Assembly: GCA_016182185.1 (NCBI GenBank)
Contig: JACOXU010000003.1
Coordinates: forward strand, 57,974 to 121,973
Origin: Candidatus Levyibacteriota bacterium
GTDB lineage: Bacteria; Patescibacteriota; Microgenomatia; Levybacterales; UBA12049
DNA: 64,000 nt
Direction: 5' to 3'
Shown in pieces: positions 36,865 through 47,690 of the stretch (the stretch's first letter is position 1; every line of letters starts with the position of its first letter). The notes under the pieces are model-generated. The model made no database searches. It had not been told where the DNA came from and saw nothing but the letters and a program-made list of their open reading frames with translations. The translations under genes and the position numbers were made by a program.

Positions 36865-37971
36865 TTAAAAAACTTTACTATAGTCTTCTCCGGGTCTCAC
36901 ATGCGTACATCTTCCATCCGACCATTTTAAAACTTCCAGAACTTCTCCTGGATCCTCGGGTCTCATTAGAAAGGTTCTATATCTAAACCCATTAAACCAT
37001 GCTTCTGTAAATCTTATTCCGGAATCAAAACTTGAATCTTTTTCTGCGAAATCCTGCATTACAACAACTCCTCCTTTTTTTGCAATTCTTGCAGCTTCCT
37101 CCTTGATTCTTTGCTGATTTATTTGTGTATGTTGATATAATACAGTACTTAGAATCACAGCGTCAAAATATCCATGAAAGGGCTCAGGAAGACCGGCTTC
37201 TAGGAGATCACTTTGCATAAAGCGTACTCTTCTGCTTCTTCTTAAGCGCGACTCTAGTTCTCTTACATTTTTGACTTTATCAAGCTCTTTGGGGTAGAAT
37301 GAACAAGCTACATACCAAGCATTTGCGTCTGGATTTTCAAAATTTTCAGAGTCAACAGCTAGTGCATCTTCTATAGAAATTGGCAAGGAAAGCGATTGAG
37401 AAAAAGATTTACTGTCAGTTTCATCCATAATCGGATCAAACGGTTCTTCGAGATCGATTCCCCTCAATCCATGATTTGCCCCACATCCTAAATCTGCAAT
37501 TCTTAATCCCCCATTTTCTGAAAATAGACGTCCAATAATTGCACGCGGACCTGCATATCTTTGGTAAATCGTCGTGACAGTATCCTTATTTCGTAATATG
37601 TCTGAAAGGGTCTCTTTATGATCCCCAAAGACACGTTTTAACCGACCTGTCCAGTGATCCGAAGCATCAAAATATCTATATGCCAGATGATCCTCACCTT
37701 GCTCAACATAAAGCTGAATGAATTGAACTGCTCTAAACGTTAAATTCACAAAGTGAGTGGGGCTAATTGCTCTTGCGTGATAATGATCGGCAAGAAATGC
37801 AGCTGCTTCAGAATCTGATCCCAAAAGCTCCAACAGTGCAGTGTTAAAAGAGGCTATAGATTTATCATTTCCAGGAGATCTTATTGATTGATCTTTAAAG
37901 GCGTTAACTACCTCGTCAAAGGGTGGATGGCCGTTAAAACTAATTGCTTCCCGTTCAAGATGCCTTACCAT
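36865..37971 (-). CDS. putative class I SAM-dependent methyltransferase
   Basis: Motif I IADLGCGANHGL and motif post-II/III-like segments (FDAVILSTVL, KKGGVVVM). Confidence 0.5.
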   Translation of the reverse strand: MVRHLEREAISFNGHPPFDEVVNAFKDQSIRSPGNDKSIASFNTALLELLGSDSEAAAFLADHYHARAISPTHFVNLTFRAVQFIQLYVEQGEDHLAYRYFDASDHWTGRLKRVFGDHKETLSDILRNKDTVTTIYQRYAGPRAIIGRLFSENGGLRIADLGCGANHGLRGIDLEEPFDPIMDETDSKSFSQSLSLPISIEDALAVDSENFENPDANAWYVACSFYPKELDKVKNVRELESRLRRSRRVRFMQSDLLEAGLPEPFHGYFDAVILSTVLYQHTQINQQRIKEEAARIAKKGGVVVMQDFAEKDSSFDSGIRFTEAWFNGFRYRTFLMRPEDPGEVLEVLKWSDGRCTHVRPGEDYSKVF

Positions 37972-38019
37972 TTCTTATATACTATATTCTACCCAAATAT
38001 ATGCTCGAAGTCTAATGTA

Positions 38020-38310
38020 CTACTTCCAGGTTTCGTAATTTACAAGAGCAGACAAAGTAACTGCGGTTAAGGCACCAGCAGCAGTAAGAAATTTTTCATG
38101 TCCTCTATTCATAGTTCCCTCAAATGATCTAGATGCAAAATAAAGAGAATAAATTGACATAAGTACTGTTGTAAGAGTAAGCATGGCTTTTTCCGCATCA
38201 GTGAGTCCTTCTCCTATGGACAAAACAGGCATTTCTTTAATATTGCCAATAAAATGACCCATGCCTTTCCCCGCCTCTGAAATAGATGATGAAATAATTT
38301 CCTTGTTCAT
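38020..38310 (-). CDS. hypothetical small membrane protein
   Basis: 96 aa with two hydrophobic segments. Confidence 0.35.
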   Translation of the reverse strand: MNKEIISSSISEAGKGMGHFIGNIKEMPVLSIGEGLTDAEKAMLTLTTVLMSIYSLYFASRSFEGTMNRGHEKFLTAAGALTAVTLSALVNYETWK

Positions 38311-38351
38311 TTCTTATATTTAAAGTATAATTATAGGTCTAATAATTACAA

Positions 38352-39323
38352 ATGTCAAACTATATAGAAAAAGCTGAAGGCGAAAATAGAAACCAAGTAA
38401 CTGTTGACAAATCTAACCCAAATGGAATTTGGGTTATTAATGCAACTATTCATGGAGAAAAAGTTCCTCCAATTTCTGTATTTAATATTCGCAACAACTC
38501 TCACAAGCCAAATATAGCAAAAGCCTTAGTCTCCGGAGATCCAGTGTGCGCGTTTGGAATTGGGAATTACGGACTTGCAATCGGTATTGAAGATCCTCGA
38601 AGAGGGAGAACACCCCATGTATGGGAGGGATGGTGGAAATTTAAACCAGAAAGACCTTCGGATAATAAAGTGCCAATGCTCTTGCCATGGAAACACTGGA
38701 GCAGGGTCATTGATAAGCGAAAAACTCACCCTAAAGTAAGACCGCTTTTCGAATACGAAAATCTTCAAAGACTTTTTCGAGAAGGGATAGTTTTTCACGT
38801 CAAGGCAGAAACTTTTGATATTGCTCCCCATATAGACTCAAGAGCTTTTATACAAGTTGAGAACGGAAAAAGAATGGTTAGCGTATTATTATGGGATGAT
38901 CCCGATCTTTACGAAGTTGCTGATCTGGCCTATAGACAGGATCCACAAGTAATTGTCGGAATTTCTTCTTATAATCCTCATGGTGAAAACCCAGCATTCA
39001 CATTCGAAGAAGTAATAGATCAAATTAAAAAAACAGGAAGAATAGGATTTAAATATTGCGTAAGGGATAGTCTGTGTGAGGGGTTTGTCAAATCATCTAT
39101 GGCCATTTTTGTCGTAGAAGGAGACCATTTTTACGAGCAAAGGCGAGGTTCGATTTCAGCAGAAAGGTTCCTTGCAGCAACACATCTTAATACATATATT
39201 AGAACTGACGCTGAGCCAAATTACGCAGGAAGAGATCATCCAAAAGAAGAAATGCTTGACTCAAAAGTTGAACTCATCCAGAAACTTGCATATAGGGACA
39301 GATCGCTGAGAAAAAGGACTTAA
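38352..39323 (+). CDS. hypothetical protein
   Basis: 323-aa ORF with no recognisable motif. Confidence 0.5.
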   Translation: MSNYIEKAEGENRNQVTVDKSNPNGIWVINATIHGEKVPPISVFNIRNNSHKPNIAKALVSGDPVCAFGIGNYGLAIGIEDPRRGRTPHVWEGWWKFKPERPSDNKVPMLLPWKHWSRVIDKRKTHPKVRPLFEYENLQRLFREGIVFHVKAETFDIAPHIDSRAFIQVENGKRMVSVLLWDDPDLYEVADLAYRQDPQVIVGISSYNPHGENPAFTFEEVIDQIKKTGRIGFKYCVRDSLCEGFVKSSMAIFVVEGDHFYEQRRGSISAERFLAATHLNTYIRTDAEPNYAGRDHPKEEMLDSKVELIQKLAYRDRSLRKRT

Positions 39324-39342
39324 TTTATTATATACTAATAAT

Positions 39343-40773
39343 ATGGCCTGGTTTTCGACTGCTCCGAAAACAAAAGACACAATACAATCTCTCTGGAAAT
39401 TAGAAAAAATTATTCTCGATACTCTAGATTTCCGTGAGGTCGTTCAAAAAATTTGTGACAGCGTATTGACTGAGCTGGGTTATCTTAATTTAGGATACAG
39501 AATAATTGTTCTGACTCTTATCGATGAAGAAAAGGGAGTTTTAAAAAGAATTTCATTATCTCAAACTTCAGAGGCCGAAGAAGCTCAAAAAGCCTCAGCT
39601 GTTCCCTTTCATGAAATCGAAATTCCTCTTAATGCTGAAAGTAACTTACTAATTAGAGCTCTTAAAGACGGTAAACCATATGTAACACATCATTGGCCCG
39701 ATATCTTCAGACCCATTCTTACAGATGAGCAAGCTCTAAAAAATCAAACTGCAGCCGGCATCAAAACAAGCATGATCTATCCAGTAATTATAAAAGATAA
39801 GCCTAGTGGAGTACTTATTTTCAGCATGATTAAAGGAGAAGAAGAAGTATTCGAAAATGAACTTGATCTCATCAAAGGATATACAGATGTGGTCGGACTT
39901 GCAGTGCAAAATGCCAAACTTTATACAAACTTGGAAGAAACGGAAAAACAATTGGAGCTTGCTAATATGCGGCTTAAGGAGGTTGATGCCTTGAAGGATG
40001 AGTTTGTCTCTTTGGCCTCACATGAACTTAGAACCCCTATGACAATCATAAAATCCTATGTTTTTATGCTTTTAAATGGGGCCATCGGGGAACTTAATGA
40101 AAGACAAAAAACATACCTTGAGAGGACTCTCTCTTCCACAGAAAGATTAATAAATTTGGTTAATGATATGCTCAATGTTTCAAGAATTGAATCAGGCAAG
40201 CTTACAATCGAAAAAACCCAGACAGATCTTGGAAAACTTATCTTTGACGTCGTAAATGAAATGCAGACAAAAGCCAGGGAGGCAGGTATAAACCTTATCT
40301 ATAATCAGCCGGAGTCGCCTTTAACTGCAAATATTGATATTAATAGGATAAAAGAAGTAATTATAAATCTTATTGGAAACTCGTTAAAGTTTACACCCAA
40401 AGATGGATCAATTACTGTCACGCTTGATCGGCAAGAAAATGATTCAGCTCTTATGAAAGTGGCAGACACCGGCCGTGGAATAAGTGCACAAGACATGGAA
40501 AAACTGTTCAAAAAATTCAATATGGTCGGCCATGGTCATCTGACAAAAGACAAAGGCCAAGGCACGGGACTTGGACTTTATCTTTCTAAATCTCTAGTGG
40601 AATTACATGGTGGAAAAATTTGGGCCCAGTCTCCGGGTGAGGGAAAAGGATCAACTTTTTCTATAATTCTGCCGCTTAATAACAACGGGGTTTCAAAAAC
40701 TACTGAGCAGCCGGCTGATCTTTCTGACCAGACAAATACAAATTTATCTCCCTCACCAAATCAACGGGCGTAA
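39343..40773 (+). CDS. GAF-domain sensor histidine kinase
   Basis: N-terminal GAF-like region, H-box SHELRTPMTII, and HATPase (IGNSLKFT...GTGLGLYLSKSLVELHGG). Confidence 0.8.
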   Translation: MAWFSTAPKTKDTIQSLWKLEKIILDTLDFREVVQKICDSVLTELGYLNLGYRIIVLTLIDEEKGVLKRISLSQTSEAEEAQKASAVPFHEIEIPLNAESNLLIRALKDGKPYVTHHWPDIFRPILTDEQALKNQTAAGIKTSMIYPVIIKDKPSGVLIFSMIKGEEEVFENELDLIKGYTDVVGLAVQNAKLYTNLEETEKQLELANMRLKEVDALKDEFVSLASHELRTPMTIIKSYVFMLLNGAIGELNERQKTYLERTLSSTERLINLVNDMLNVSRIESGKLTIEKTQTDLGKLIFDVVNEMQTKAREAGINLIYNQPESPLTANIDINRIKEVIINLIGNSLKFTPKDGSITVTLDRQENDSALMKVADTGRGISAQDMEKLFKKFNMVGHGHLTKDKGQGTGLGLYLSKSLVELHGGKIWAQSPGEGKGSTFSIILPLNNNGVSKTTEQPADLSDQTNTNLSPSPNQRA

Positions 40774-41092
40774 TTTGACTTTTTATAAGATACCCGTTGG
40801 CAAGGGAAAGGCCCTGATCTATTTCTTCGTTTCTATCAAGGTTCGTCAAGAATATCACTATCTTATTTGGTACTTGGGGCGGCTCTGCTTTTAATTTTTC
40901 CATTATCAAAAGTCCGTTTAAGTGCGGAAGAATAACATCAAGAAGTACCAAGTCGTATCCTCCTTGTTTCATCTTATCATATGCCTCCTGCCCGTCATCT
41001 GTAGTTTCGATTTCATGACCCGCCTCCTTGAGGGTATCCGAGTATAAATCTGAAAGATCTTTTTCGTCTTCAACAATTAAAATTTTAGCCAT
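40700..41092 (-). CDS. single-domain response regulator (REC); the 3' end overlaps the convergent kinase gene by 74 nt
   Basis: MAKILIVEDEKDL...LVLLDVILPHLNG...K. Confidence 0.8.
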   Translation of the reverse strand: MAKILIVEDEKDLSDLYSDTLKEAGHEIETTDDGQEAYDKMKQGGYDLVLLDVILPHLNGLLIMEKLKAEPPQVPNKIVIFLTNLDRNEEIDQGLSLANGYLIKSQITPVDLVREINLYLSGQKDQPAAQ

Positions 41093-41137
41093 AAATTAAT
41101 ATTAGCCTAACACTTGAGTTTAAAAAAGTCAATCAAT

Positions 41138-41614
41138 CTACATTTTGGTCATTACCTTAACTACGCCTGAAGCCAAATCAAATTCAAGACTTCTTCCTAC
41201 ATTACCTCCTACGTCTTCTGAATCGATCTTAATTCCATTTGTTGTCAAAAATTCCTCTGTGGCTTTAAGATTTTTCGAACCCAAATCATCTTCGATCCCG
41301 TCTAACATTTTAAACATATGGGCGCCTCCGATAATCTTGGCGGAGACTTTTTCTTTATCAACGCCCACTTTCTCAAGCTCCGAAATAACAACCGGCAAGG
41401 CAGAATTAACAAATCTTAAAGGATTAGTTTGGGTTCCGTCGCTGGGAATTCTAACAGTCTGAGGCAGCATTATATGAGCCAGAGCGCCGATTTTTTTTTC
41501 TTTTTCATATAGACAGATTGCTATACATGAACCGATTCCCTGAGTTGTCAAAACTTGGGGATCGTGTCCGATAGCAAAATCGGATATTTTTACAACAATT
41601 TTATTGCTGTCCAT
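41138..41614 (-). CDS. cheD: chemoreceptor glutamine deamidase CheD
   Basis: GIGSCIAICLYEKEKKIGALAHIMLP is the CheD catalytic Cys region. Confidence 0.8.
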   Translation of the reverse strand: MDSNKIVVKISDFAIGHDPQVLTTQGIGSCIAICLYEKEKKIGALAHIMLPQTVRIPSDGTQTNPLRFVNSALPVVISELEKVGVDKEKVSAKIIGGAHMFKMLDGIEDDLGSKNLKATEEFLTTNGIKIDSEDVGGNVGRSLEFDLASGVVKVMTKM

Positions 41615-41620
41615 ATAAAT

Positions 41621-42232
41621 TTATTTAGCAATTTTTTTCTTAACTGCATCAAGGATTACTCGTGTTGATTTGGGGTCAAAAAGTAAGTAATATTTTCCCT
41701 CAACCGTATTTTCCTCGTCCCGAAATACTGTCTCAAGAAGCAATACTTTATCCGCTGTTTCACCTAGGTCCGCAATTGTTGTATTAATCACCGCACTTAA
41801 CATATCGGTTGCAATATCCGGAATCGATTGCACCAGAGTAAAATCCAGAAAATCTGCCAACGCATTCAAGGCAGATCCTGACAGTATATTTCCTACCTCC
41901 TTAAGCGCGGATCTATCGGCCTCATCCAAAATTCCATCCCTTTTTGTTCTACCTGTGAGTTGTTCTGTCAGTTTAATAGCGTTTTCGGGATTAAAAAGAA
42001 GCATCATTGTTCCGGGAACATCCCCAATAATTTTAATAAGAACCACTGTGATTACCTGTTCCGAATCCCCCATCATTTCAGATATTTTTTCAATCGGAAT
42101 AAGCTTGAGCATTGGCACTTTTACTTCGAATTTTTTACTCAACATTTTCGACAGTGCCATTGATGCATTTCCCGATCCAATGGTTGCGATTTCTATAAGG
42201 ATATCTTTTTCCATTCCTTCAAGTTGATCCAT
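41621..42232 (-). CDS. cheC: CheC-like CheY-P phosphatase (CheC/CheX/FliY family)
   Basis: EIATIGSGNASMALSKMLS...-type repeats. Adjacent to cheD, as in Bacillus-type systems. Confidence 0.7.
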   Translation of the reverse strand: MDQLEGMEKDILIEIATIGSGNASMALSKMLSKKFEVKVPMLKLIPIEKISEMMGDSEQVITVVLIKIIGDVPGTMMLLFNPENAIKLTEQLTGRTKRDGILDEADRSALKEVGNILSGSALNALADFLDFTLVQSIPDIATDMLSAVINTTIADLGETADKVLLLETVFRDEENTVEGKYYLLFDPKSTRVILDAVKKKIAK

Positions 42233-43864
42233 TCAATTTGCACCTCCCTTCTCTAAAATTCCCTCAGGACTAATAATTAAGGCTGATTTTCCATTACTAA
42301 GTATCGTTGTTCCAAAAAATATATTACTTCCTCTTAAAATATCTGGAACTGGTTTTAAGAGAGTATCAGTTACTTCTACTATATTGTCGACCGCAAGGCC
42401 TATTTTTTCGTCTCCTATCTTAACTATTACGACCAGTTCTTCCTTTTTCTCCCTTTTCGTCTGGTTCTTTAGATCTTTTAAATTTAATTTTTCATCTAAC
42501 CTGATGAGGGGAACATCTTCATCGTCGAGAACAAATACTTCCTGATCGGCATTTTTTTTGATAAATGATCTGTCAATATCTATAGTTCTTTCGATTACTC
42601 CGGTTGGAATGGCGAAGCTTTGAGAAACGCTTTCAATTATAAGCGTTTTTATGATTGCCAGAGTCAAGGGGAATCGCAAAATAAACGTCGTTCCGTGACC
42701 TTGGGAAATTACATCCAAAGAGCCATTAAAATCTTCAACATTTTTTTTGACTGCTTTAAGTCCTATGCCTCTTCCTGAAACTTCAGTTATTTTCTCGCTC
42801 GTTGAAATTCCCGAGAAAAGTGCATCTTTTAATTTATTTTTCTCCGACATTGGAATATTTGAAATCTTTGAAATTTTTTGCCAATCTATTCCTTTTCCCG
42901 TATCTTCGATACGAACTTCGGCAAATTCACCCTGCCTTGCCGCTCTTACTTTTATCGTGCCTTTTTTCTCAATTCCATGATCAATTGAATTTCTCAATAT
43001 ATGAACCAAAGGCTCTTCGAGTCTTTCAACTATCGTTCTGTCAAGTTCAATATTTTCTCCTTCAATCACAACATCTACTTCTTTTCCTTGCTTGCGTGCC
43101 AGGTCTCTTGCCGCCCTAGGCAAAAAATCAAAAGCAAACTTAATCGGCAAAGTTCTCATTTTCATTATTTTTCTTTGAAGGTTATCTAGATTTTTTTCCA
43201 TCTGAGAGAAAAAATCTCTAAATTCCGGATTGTCTATTTTTTTTAGAGTACCAGCGAGCCTTAGTCTTTGGATTAACACTTCTCCCATGATATTCATAAC
43301 TTCATCAATTTTTTCAACTCTGACGGGAATAATCTTAAGTTCATCAATCTGATTTTTATTGTTCGTGTCTGAATCTATGGCTTGCTTTTCTTTACCCTTT
43401 GAGGATTCGGTAATCTTTTTTGTTTTAACTTCTGACTGAACCCCTTCGTCTCTTCCTGTTGATTTTCCTCCACCTTCTGTTTTGACACCAGTTAATTTTT
43501 TTAGATTATTGATAATTTCCGTATGGTCGACATCCTTTTTTTCTCTTTCGATCTCATCTATTGCCTTTTCAAGAGAGTCAAAGGCTGTAAATAATAAATC
43601 AGCTACCTGAGGATTAAGCTGCATTCTTTTTTTACGTATTTCATAAAAGATATCCTCAACTGTATGACAAAGATAGGCGGTGCTGTCATATTTCATAACT
43701 GCGCTTTGCCCCTTCAAAGAATGAGAACTTCTGAATATTTCCTCTATTGCCTCCTCGTCTTGTGGATTTTTTTCAAGCTTAAGAAGGGAATCATTGAGAG
43801 ACTTAACATACTCCCTGGCAGTTGAAACATATAAATCCTGGAACTCAGACCATTCATCAGCCAT
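42233..43864 (-). CDS. cheA: chemotaxis histidine kinase CheA
   Basis: Hpt (SSHSLKGQSAV), HATPase (RNSIDHGIE...GRGIGLKAV) and a C-terminal CheW-like domain. Confidence 0.85.
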   Translation of the reverse strand: MADEWSEFQDLYVSTAREYVKSLNDSLLKLEKNPQDEEAIEEIFRSSHSLKGQSAVMKYDSTAYLCHTVEDIFYEIRKKRMQLNPQVADLLFTAFDSLEKAIDEIEREKKDVDHTEIINNLKKLTGVKTEGGGKSTGRDEGVQSEVKTKKITESSKGKEKQAIDSDTNNKNQIDELKIIPVRVEKIDEVMNIMGEVLIQRLRLAGTLKKIDNPEFRDFFSQMEKNLDNLQRKIMKMRTLPIKFAFDFLPRAARDLARKQGKEVDVVIEGENIELDRTIVERLEEPLVHILRNSIDHGIEKKGTIKVRAARQGEFAEVRIEDTGKGIDWQKISKISNIPMSEKNKLKDALFSGISTSEKITEVSGRGIGLKAVKKNVEDFNGSLDVISQGHGTTFILRFPLTLAIIKTLIIESVSQSFAIPTGVIERTIDIDRSFIKKNADQEVFVLDDEDVPLIRLDEKLNLKDLKNQTKREKKEELVVIVKIGDEKIGLAVDNIVEVTDTLLKPVPDILRGSNIFFGTTILSNGKSALIISPEGILEKGGAN

Positions 43865-44903
43865 TGGCTACCTCCCTGATTCTATCGGCCATTTTCTCAA
43901 GAGGAACTATCTCGCTTGCCAGTCCATTTTCGACCACTTCTTTTCCCATTCCAAAAACTGCGCTTGATTCTTGATCCTGAACCAAGATTTTTCCTCCTTT
44001 TTCTTTTATTTTTTTGGCACCTTCAAGACTATCTTTTCCCATGCCTGTCAAGACCACGCCTATGGTATTTGAACCAAAAACTGAAGCTGCAGATTCCATA
44101 AGTTTATCTATTGAAGGAGACAAGGTTGATCCTGGATTTTCAGTGACTGAAAGAAAAGGTTGTTCATTCTCATCTAGCATAACTGTCATATTGGCACTTC
44201 CCGGAGCAATGTAGATTACACCCGGCCTTATCTTTTCTCCATCTGCTGCTTGAATTACATTAATATTACACATTTTCTTAAGACGTTTGGAAAGCGTTTG
44301 GGTAAATTTAGGAAGTAAATGTTGTGCAACTAATATTGGGTAAGCAAATCCGCTGTTTATCTTAGGCAAGATTGACTCAAGCGCAATGGGTCCACCTGTT
44401 GATGATCCTATCACGATTATCTTTCCTTGAATATGAGGGAGCGGTTGCTGATCTTGGGGAAAATTTACCTTACCAAGCAAGCTCTTAAGTGTCGCTATAT
44501 TTGTATTGGCCGATGATTTAATCTTTTCAATAAGTTCTCTTTTCTGTATCTCAAAATTGGCAGACATACTGTTTGGTTTTGGAACGTAATCAAGCGCGCC
44601 CTCTTCAAGAAGCTGCATTTCTTTATCTGCCACTTTTTCGTTCACTGATGAAATTAAAATTATGATTGGGCGAGGACTCTTATCCATGATTTGCTTGATA
44701 AATAAACGGGCAGTTTCAATTGAATTACCAACGTCAATTATTACAATATCCGGATTCTGCGTTGAGATTTTTTCAAGAATAAGATTGATATCAAAATTTA
44801 CTTCATCAGTTGTAATTGTTTTTTCAGAAACTATAAAGCTTTGGATAAATTTTCTTATCGCGATACTATCGCTTATAAGTAAAACTTTTATATCTTGTTT
44901 CAT
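43857..44903 (-). CDS. cheB: protein-glutamate methylesterase CheB (REC + CheB_methylest)
   Basis: N-terminal REC. Catalytic segment IVIGSSTGGPIALESIL...VLTGMGKDS. Confidence 0.85.
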   Translation of the reverse strand: MKQDIKVLLISDSIAIRKFIQSFIVSEKTITTDEVNFDINLILEKISTQNPDIVIIDVGNSIETARLFIKQIMDKSPRPIIILISSVNEKVADKEMQLLEEGALDYVPKPNSMSANFEIQKRELIEKIKSSANTNIATLKSLLGKVNFPQDQQPLPHIQGKIIVIGSSTGGPIALESILPKINSGFAYPILVAQHLLPKFTQTLSKRLKKMCNINVIQAADGEKIRPGVIYIAPGSANMTVMLDENEQPFLSVTENPGSTLSPSIDKLMESAASVFGSNTIGVVLTGMGKDSLEGAKKIKEKGGKILVQDQESSAVFGMGKEVVENGLASEIVPLEKMADRIREVANG

Positions 44904-45256
44904 TTAGCTGTTATTGATTTTATGGTTTCGATGACTTTATTGGAATCAAATGGTTTGATAATAAAATCCTTTGCGCCTAGGGCCTTTGCTTCTTCGATTA
45001 GTTTTTCCTGACCAGCCGCGGAAATTACTATCACTTTTACTAAATTACCAATCTCCTTAAGTACTGCAACACCGTCTTTCTCAGGCATTATAATATCCAA
45101 GAGAACCAAATCTGGATCGTTTTGGTGATATTTTCTAATAGCCTCTATTCCATCCCCTGCTTCTTCTATCTCGGTTGCATGAATACCCATGCTTAATATA
45201 ATATTCTTAAGAATGCCGCGCATAAAAGCGCTGTCATCAACTATCAGGACCTTCAT
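44900..45256 (-). CDS. cheY: chemotaxis response regulator CheY
   Basis: MKVLIVDDSAFMRGIL...LVLLDIIMPEKDG...IIKPF. Confidence 0.85.
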   Translation of the reverse strand: MKVLIVDDSAFMRGILKNIILSMGIHATEIEEAGDGIEAIRKYHQNDPDLVLLDIIMPEKDGVAVLKEIGNLVKVIVISAAGQEKLIEEAKALGAKDFIIKPFDSNKVIETIKSITAK

Positions 45257-45818
45257 TTTTTACACCTCCTTCTGGTAAATTTTTCTCATTTGCCACGTTG
45301 AGAGATTCTTTCAAATCCGAAACTTCAAATAATCTATTAAAATCCAGGATCAAAATAATTCTTTCATTCTTAATCTCTCCTCTCTTCTCTTCTTCTTGGT
45401 TATTTTCGGTTTGAATATAAACTCCTTTTAAATACTTTTCTGATATTTTATTGGTTATGGTGGAGGGAACTGGTTTTATGTCGTCGTCGCGCAATTTTAT
45501 AACTTCTTTCACTTCGTCAACTTGTACTGCAAATTTTATTTTATTTACCTCTACTATTAGAATATGTTTGGGAACAGTATCTGATTCATGAGTCAATTCA
45601 AATTTTTTCTCAAGATCAATAATTGGAATTATTTTCCCGCGAAGATTAATAATTCCTAGCACGAACTCCAAAGATCTGGGAACTGGTGTTATTGGAAGAT
45701 TCTCAACTATTTCGATGATATTATCAACGCTTGATGCATATTCTTCCTTATCCAACGAAAAAACAGTGTACAATTTTAAATTTGAGGCAGGGACGGAAGG
45801 ATTGACTGAATTATCCAT
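45237..45818 (-). CDS. cheW: chemotaxis coupling protein CheW
   Basis: CheW domain (LEFVLGIINLRGKIIPIIDL). Confidence 0.8.
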   Translation of the reverse strand: MDNSVNPSVPASNLKLYTVFSLDKEEYASSVDNIIEIVENLPITPVPRSLEFVLGIINLRGKIIPIIDLEKKFELTHESDTVPKHILIVEVNKIKFAVQVDEVKEVIKLRDDDIKPVPSTITNKISEKYLKGVYIQTENNQEEEKRGEIKNERIILILDFNRLFEVSDLKESLNVANEKNLPEGGVKNEGPDS

Positions 45819-45820
45819 AG

Positions 45821-47221
45821 TTATTTCAAACTTCCTGATTCAGCTGGTGATGTTACATGGGAGGTTTCTTCTTGATGAACTTGCATCAAAATATTATTTA
45901 GTTTTTGATCATACGCAGGATCAAGATGTGAATGATTATTGGTTGCATTCTTAGGTCTTTCTTCTTCGAAATTTTTTATTTTTTCCAAATGTTCTTTTGC
46001 TTTTCCGACATGAGCCTGTGTCTCAATGTCAATATTTTCTCCAATTATTTTAGAGTTAAAGCTGTACTCGTCGGTTTCTTCTCCCACCAAATTCTGAAGT
46101 TGTCCGGATAAACCGGCCAGTTGCTGTGTCATGGCTGAAATCTGTTGAGTTGCAGAAACTTGTTCTTGAATAGCACTTGAGATTTGCTCAGACGCAGCAA
46201 CATTTTGTTCGGCGACGGTCGACAGGGAGTTTACTGAGCTTACTATTTGCTGAGTGCTTGCCGATTGTTGCTGAGTGGCAGCTGATATATCCTGCATCCT
46301 GGCTGTGACTTCTTGTGCCATATTCGAGATTTTTGAAAGAGAAGACAGTGCCTCCTGAACTTGGGCTGTGTTTTCTTCTACCACCTTATTTCCTTGTGTC
46401 ATTGATGAAACGGCGTCATTAATCTGCTGTGTGATTGCGGCGATGATTTCTTTTATTTGCTCGGCGGATTTAGCCGATGATTCGGCTAATTTCCTGATCT
46501 CATCCGCAACGACGGCAAAACCTTGACCAGCCTCCCCTGCACGGGCCGCCTCAATTGCGGCATTTAAAGCAAGTAAATTTGTTTCCTCTGCGATTTTGGT
46601 AATTGTCTCGACAATTGCCTCTATATCCTTCGATTTTCCTTCCAAGAGCTTTACTTTTTCAGAAGAATTAACTACTGTAACTTTAAGTTTGTATAATCCG
46701 TTCACTGCTTTTTCTCCCACTTCACCGCCTGACTGAGCAGCCATCGAGGTCTTGCTCGATGCGTCTGCAACTTGAGTAGTCGAAGAGGCAACTTGGGTTG
46801 CCGAATTTGAAATTTGTTCGACAGAGCTTGCAACCTGATCTATTTGCGAGGACTGGTTTTGTGCACCTTCTGAGACCTGTCCTATTGAGGAGCCAATTTG
46901 TTCTCCTGATGAAGCCAATTGCTGGGCATTTGCCGCAAGTTGAAGTGCTGAATTCCGAAGACTCTTTGCTACCAAACGAATTGGCCTTCTTATATATTCA
47001 CTCAAGAAACGGGCTACAGAATAAGAAAGTAAAAAAGCAAAGAAAATCATTACGAAAGTTATAACCTGTATGTAGTTTTTGAGAAGGCTTATTGGAAGCT
47101 CAATTTTGCTTAAGGAGTAGTTAATAATAATAAGAGGGATGATTGAAAAAAATAAGAAAAATAACATGAGTCTTAAGGTAAGACCCATCTTATTTTTGGT
47201 TTTTGAAAAGAGTAACCGCAT
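45821..47221 (-). CDS. methyl-accepting chemotaxis protein (two TM helices, cytoplasmic signalling domain)
   Basis: Highly conserved MCP signalling core [31 protein letters not shown]. Confidence 0.8.
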   Translation of the reverse strand: MRLLFSKTKNKMGLTLRLMLFFLFFSIIPLIIINYSLSKIELPISLLKNYIQVITFVMIFFAFLLSYSVARFLSEYIRRPIRLVAKSLRNSALQLAANAQQLASSGEQIGSSIGQVSEGAQNQSSQIDQVASSVEQISNSATQVASSTTQVADASSKTSMAAQSGGEVGEKAVNGLYKLKVTVVNSSEKVKLLEGKSKDIEAIVETITKIAEETNLLALNAAIEAARAGEAGQGFAVVADEIRKLAESSAKSAEQIKEIIAAITQQINDAVSSMTQGNKVVEENTAQVQEALSSLSKISNMAQEVTARMQDISAATQQQSASTQQIVSSVNSLSTVAEQNVAASEQISSAIQEQVSATQQISAMTQQLAGLSGQLQNLVGEETDEYSFNSKIIGENIDIETQAHVGKAKEHLEKIKNFEEERPKNATNNHSHLDPAYDQKLNNILMQVHQEETSHVTSPAESGSLK

Positions 47222-47316
47222 CCTATTCTATCATGCTATAGTGAGCAAAAATTGTCAAGGGAAACGCTCAGGTTTCTGTTTGACGCGAAAAATATTTGAT
47301 GATAAGATGATACAAA

Positions 47317-47688
47317 ATGGCAAAAATATTAATTGCAGAAGACGACAAATTTCTTTCCACTGCCTTTCAAGTCAAGTTAACTAAGTTAGGTCATGACGTG
47401 AAAATTGCAGGCGACGGCAATCAAGTTCTTGAGATCCTTAAAACCTTCACTCCGGATATAATTTTGCTTGATCTTATAATGCCTGTAAAAGACGGGTTTG
47501 GGGTTCTTGAGGATCTTAAAGCAAGTAAAACTCTTGAGACAATTCCTGTCATAATTGCTTCTAATCTTGGAGAGAAAGAAGAAATTGATAAAGGTTTGGC
47601 CTTGGGTGCAAAGGATTACATTATCAAAAGTAATCTGTCGTTTGATGAGCTTGATAAGAAAATTAAAGGCTATATAGCTCAAGCATAA
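47317..47688 (+). CDS. single-domain response regulator (REC)
   Basis: MAKILIAEDDKFL...IILLDLIMPVKDG...K. Closely related to 34414..34791. Confidence 0.8.
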   Translation: MAKILIAEDDKFLSTAFQVKLTKLGHDVKIAGDGNQVLEILKTFTPDIILLDLIMPVKDGFGVLEDLKASKTLETIPVIIASNLGEKEEIDKGLALGAKDYIIKSNLSFDELDKKIKGYIAQA

Positions 47689-47690
47689 AT

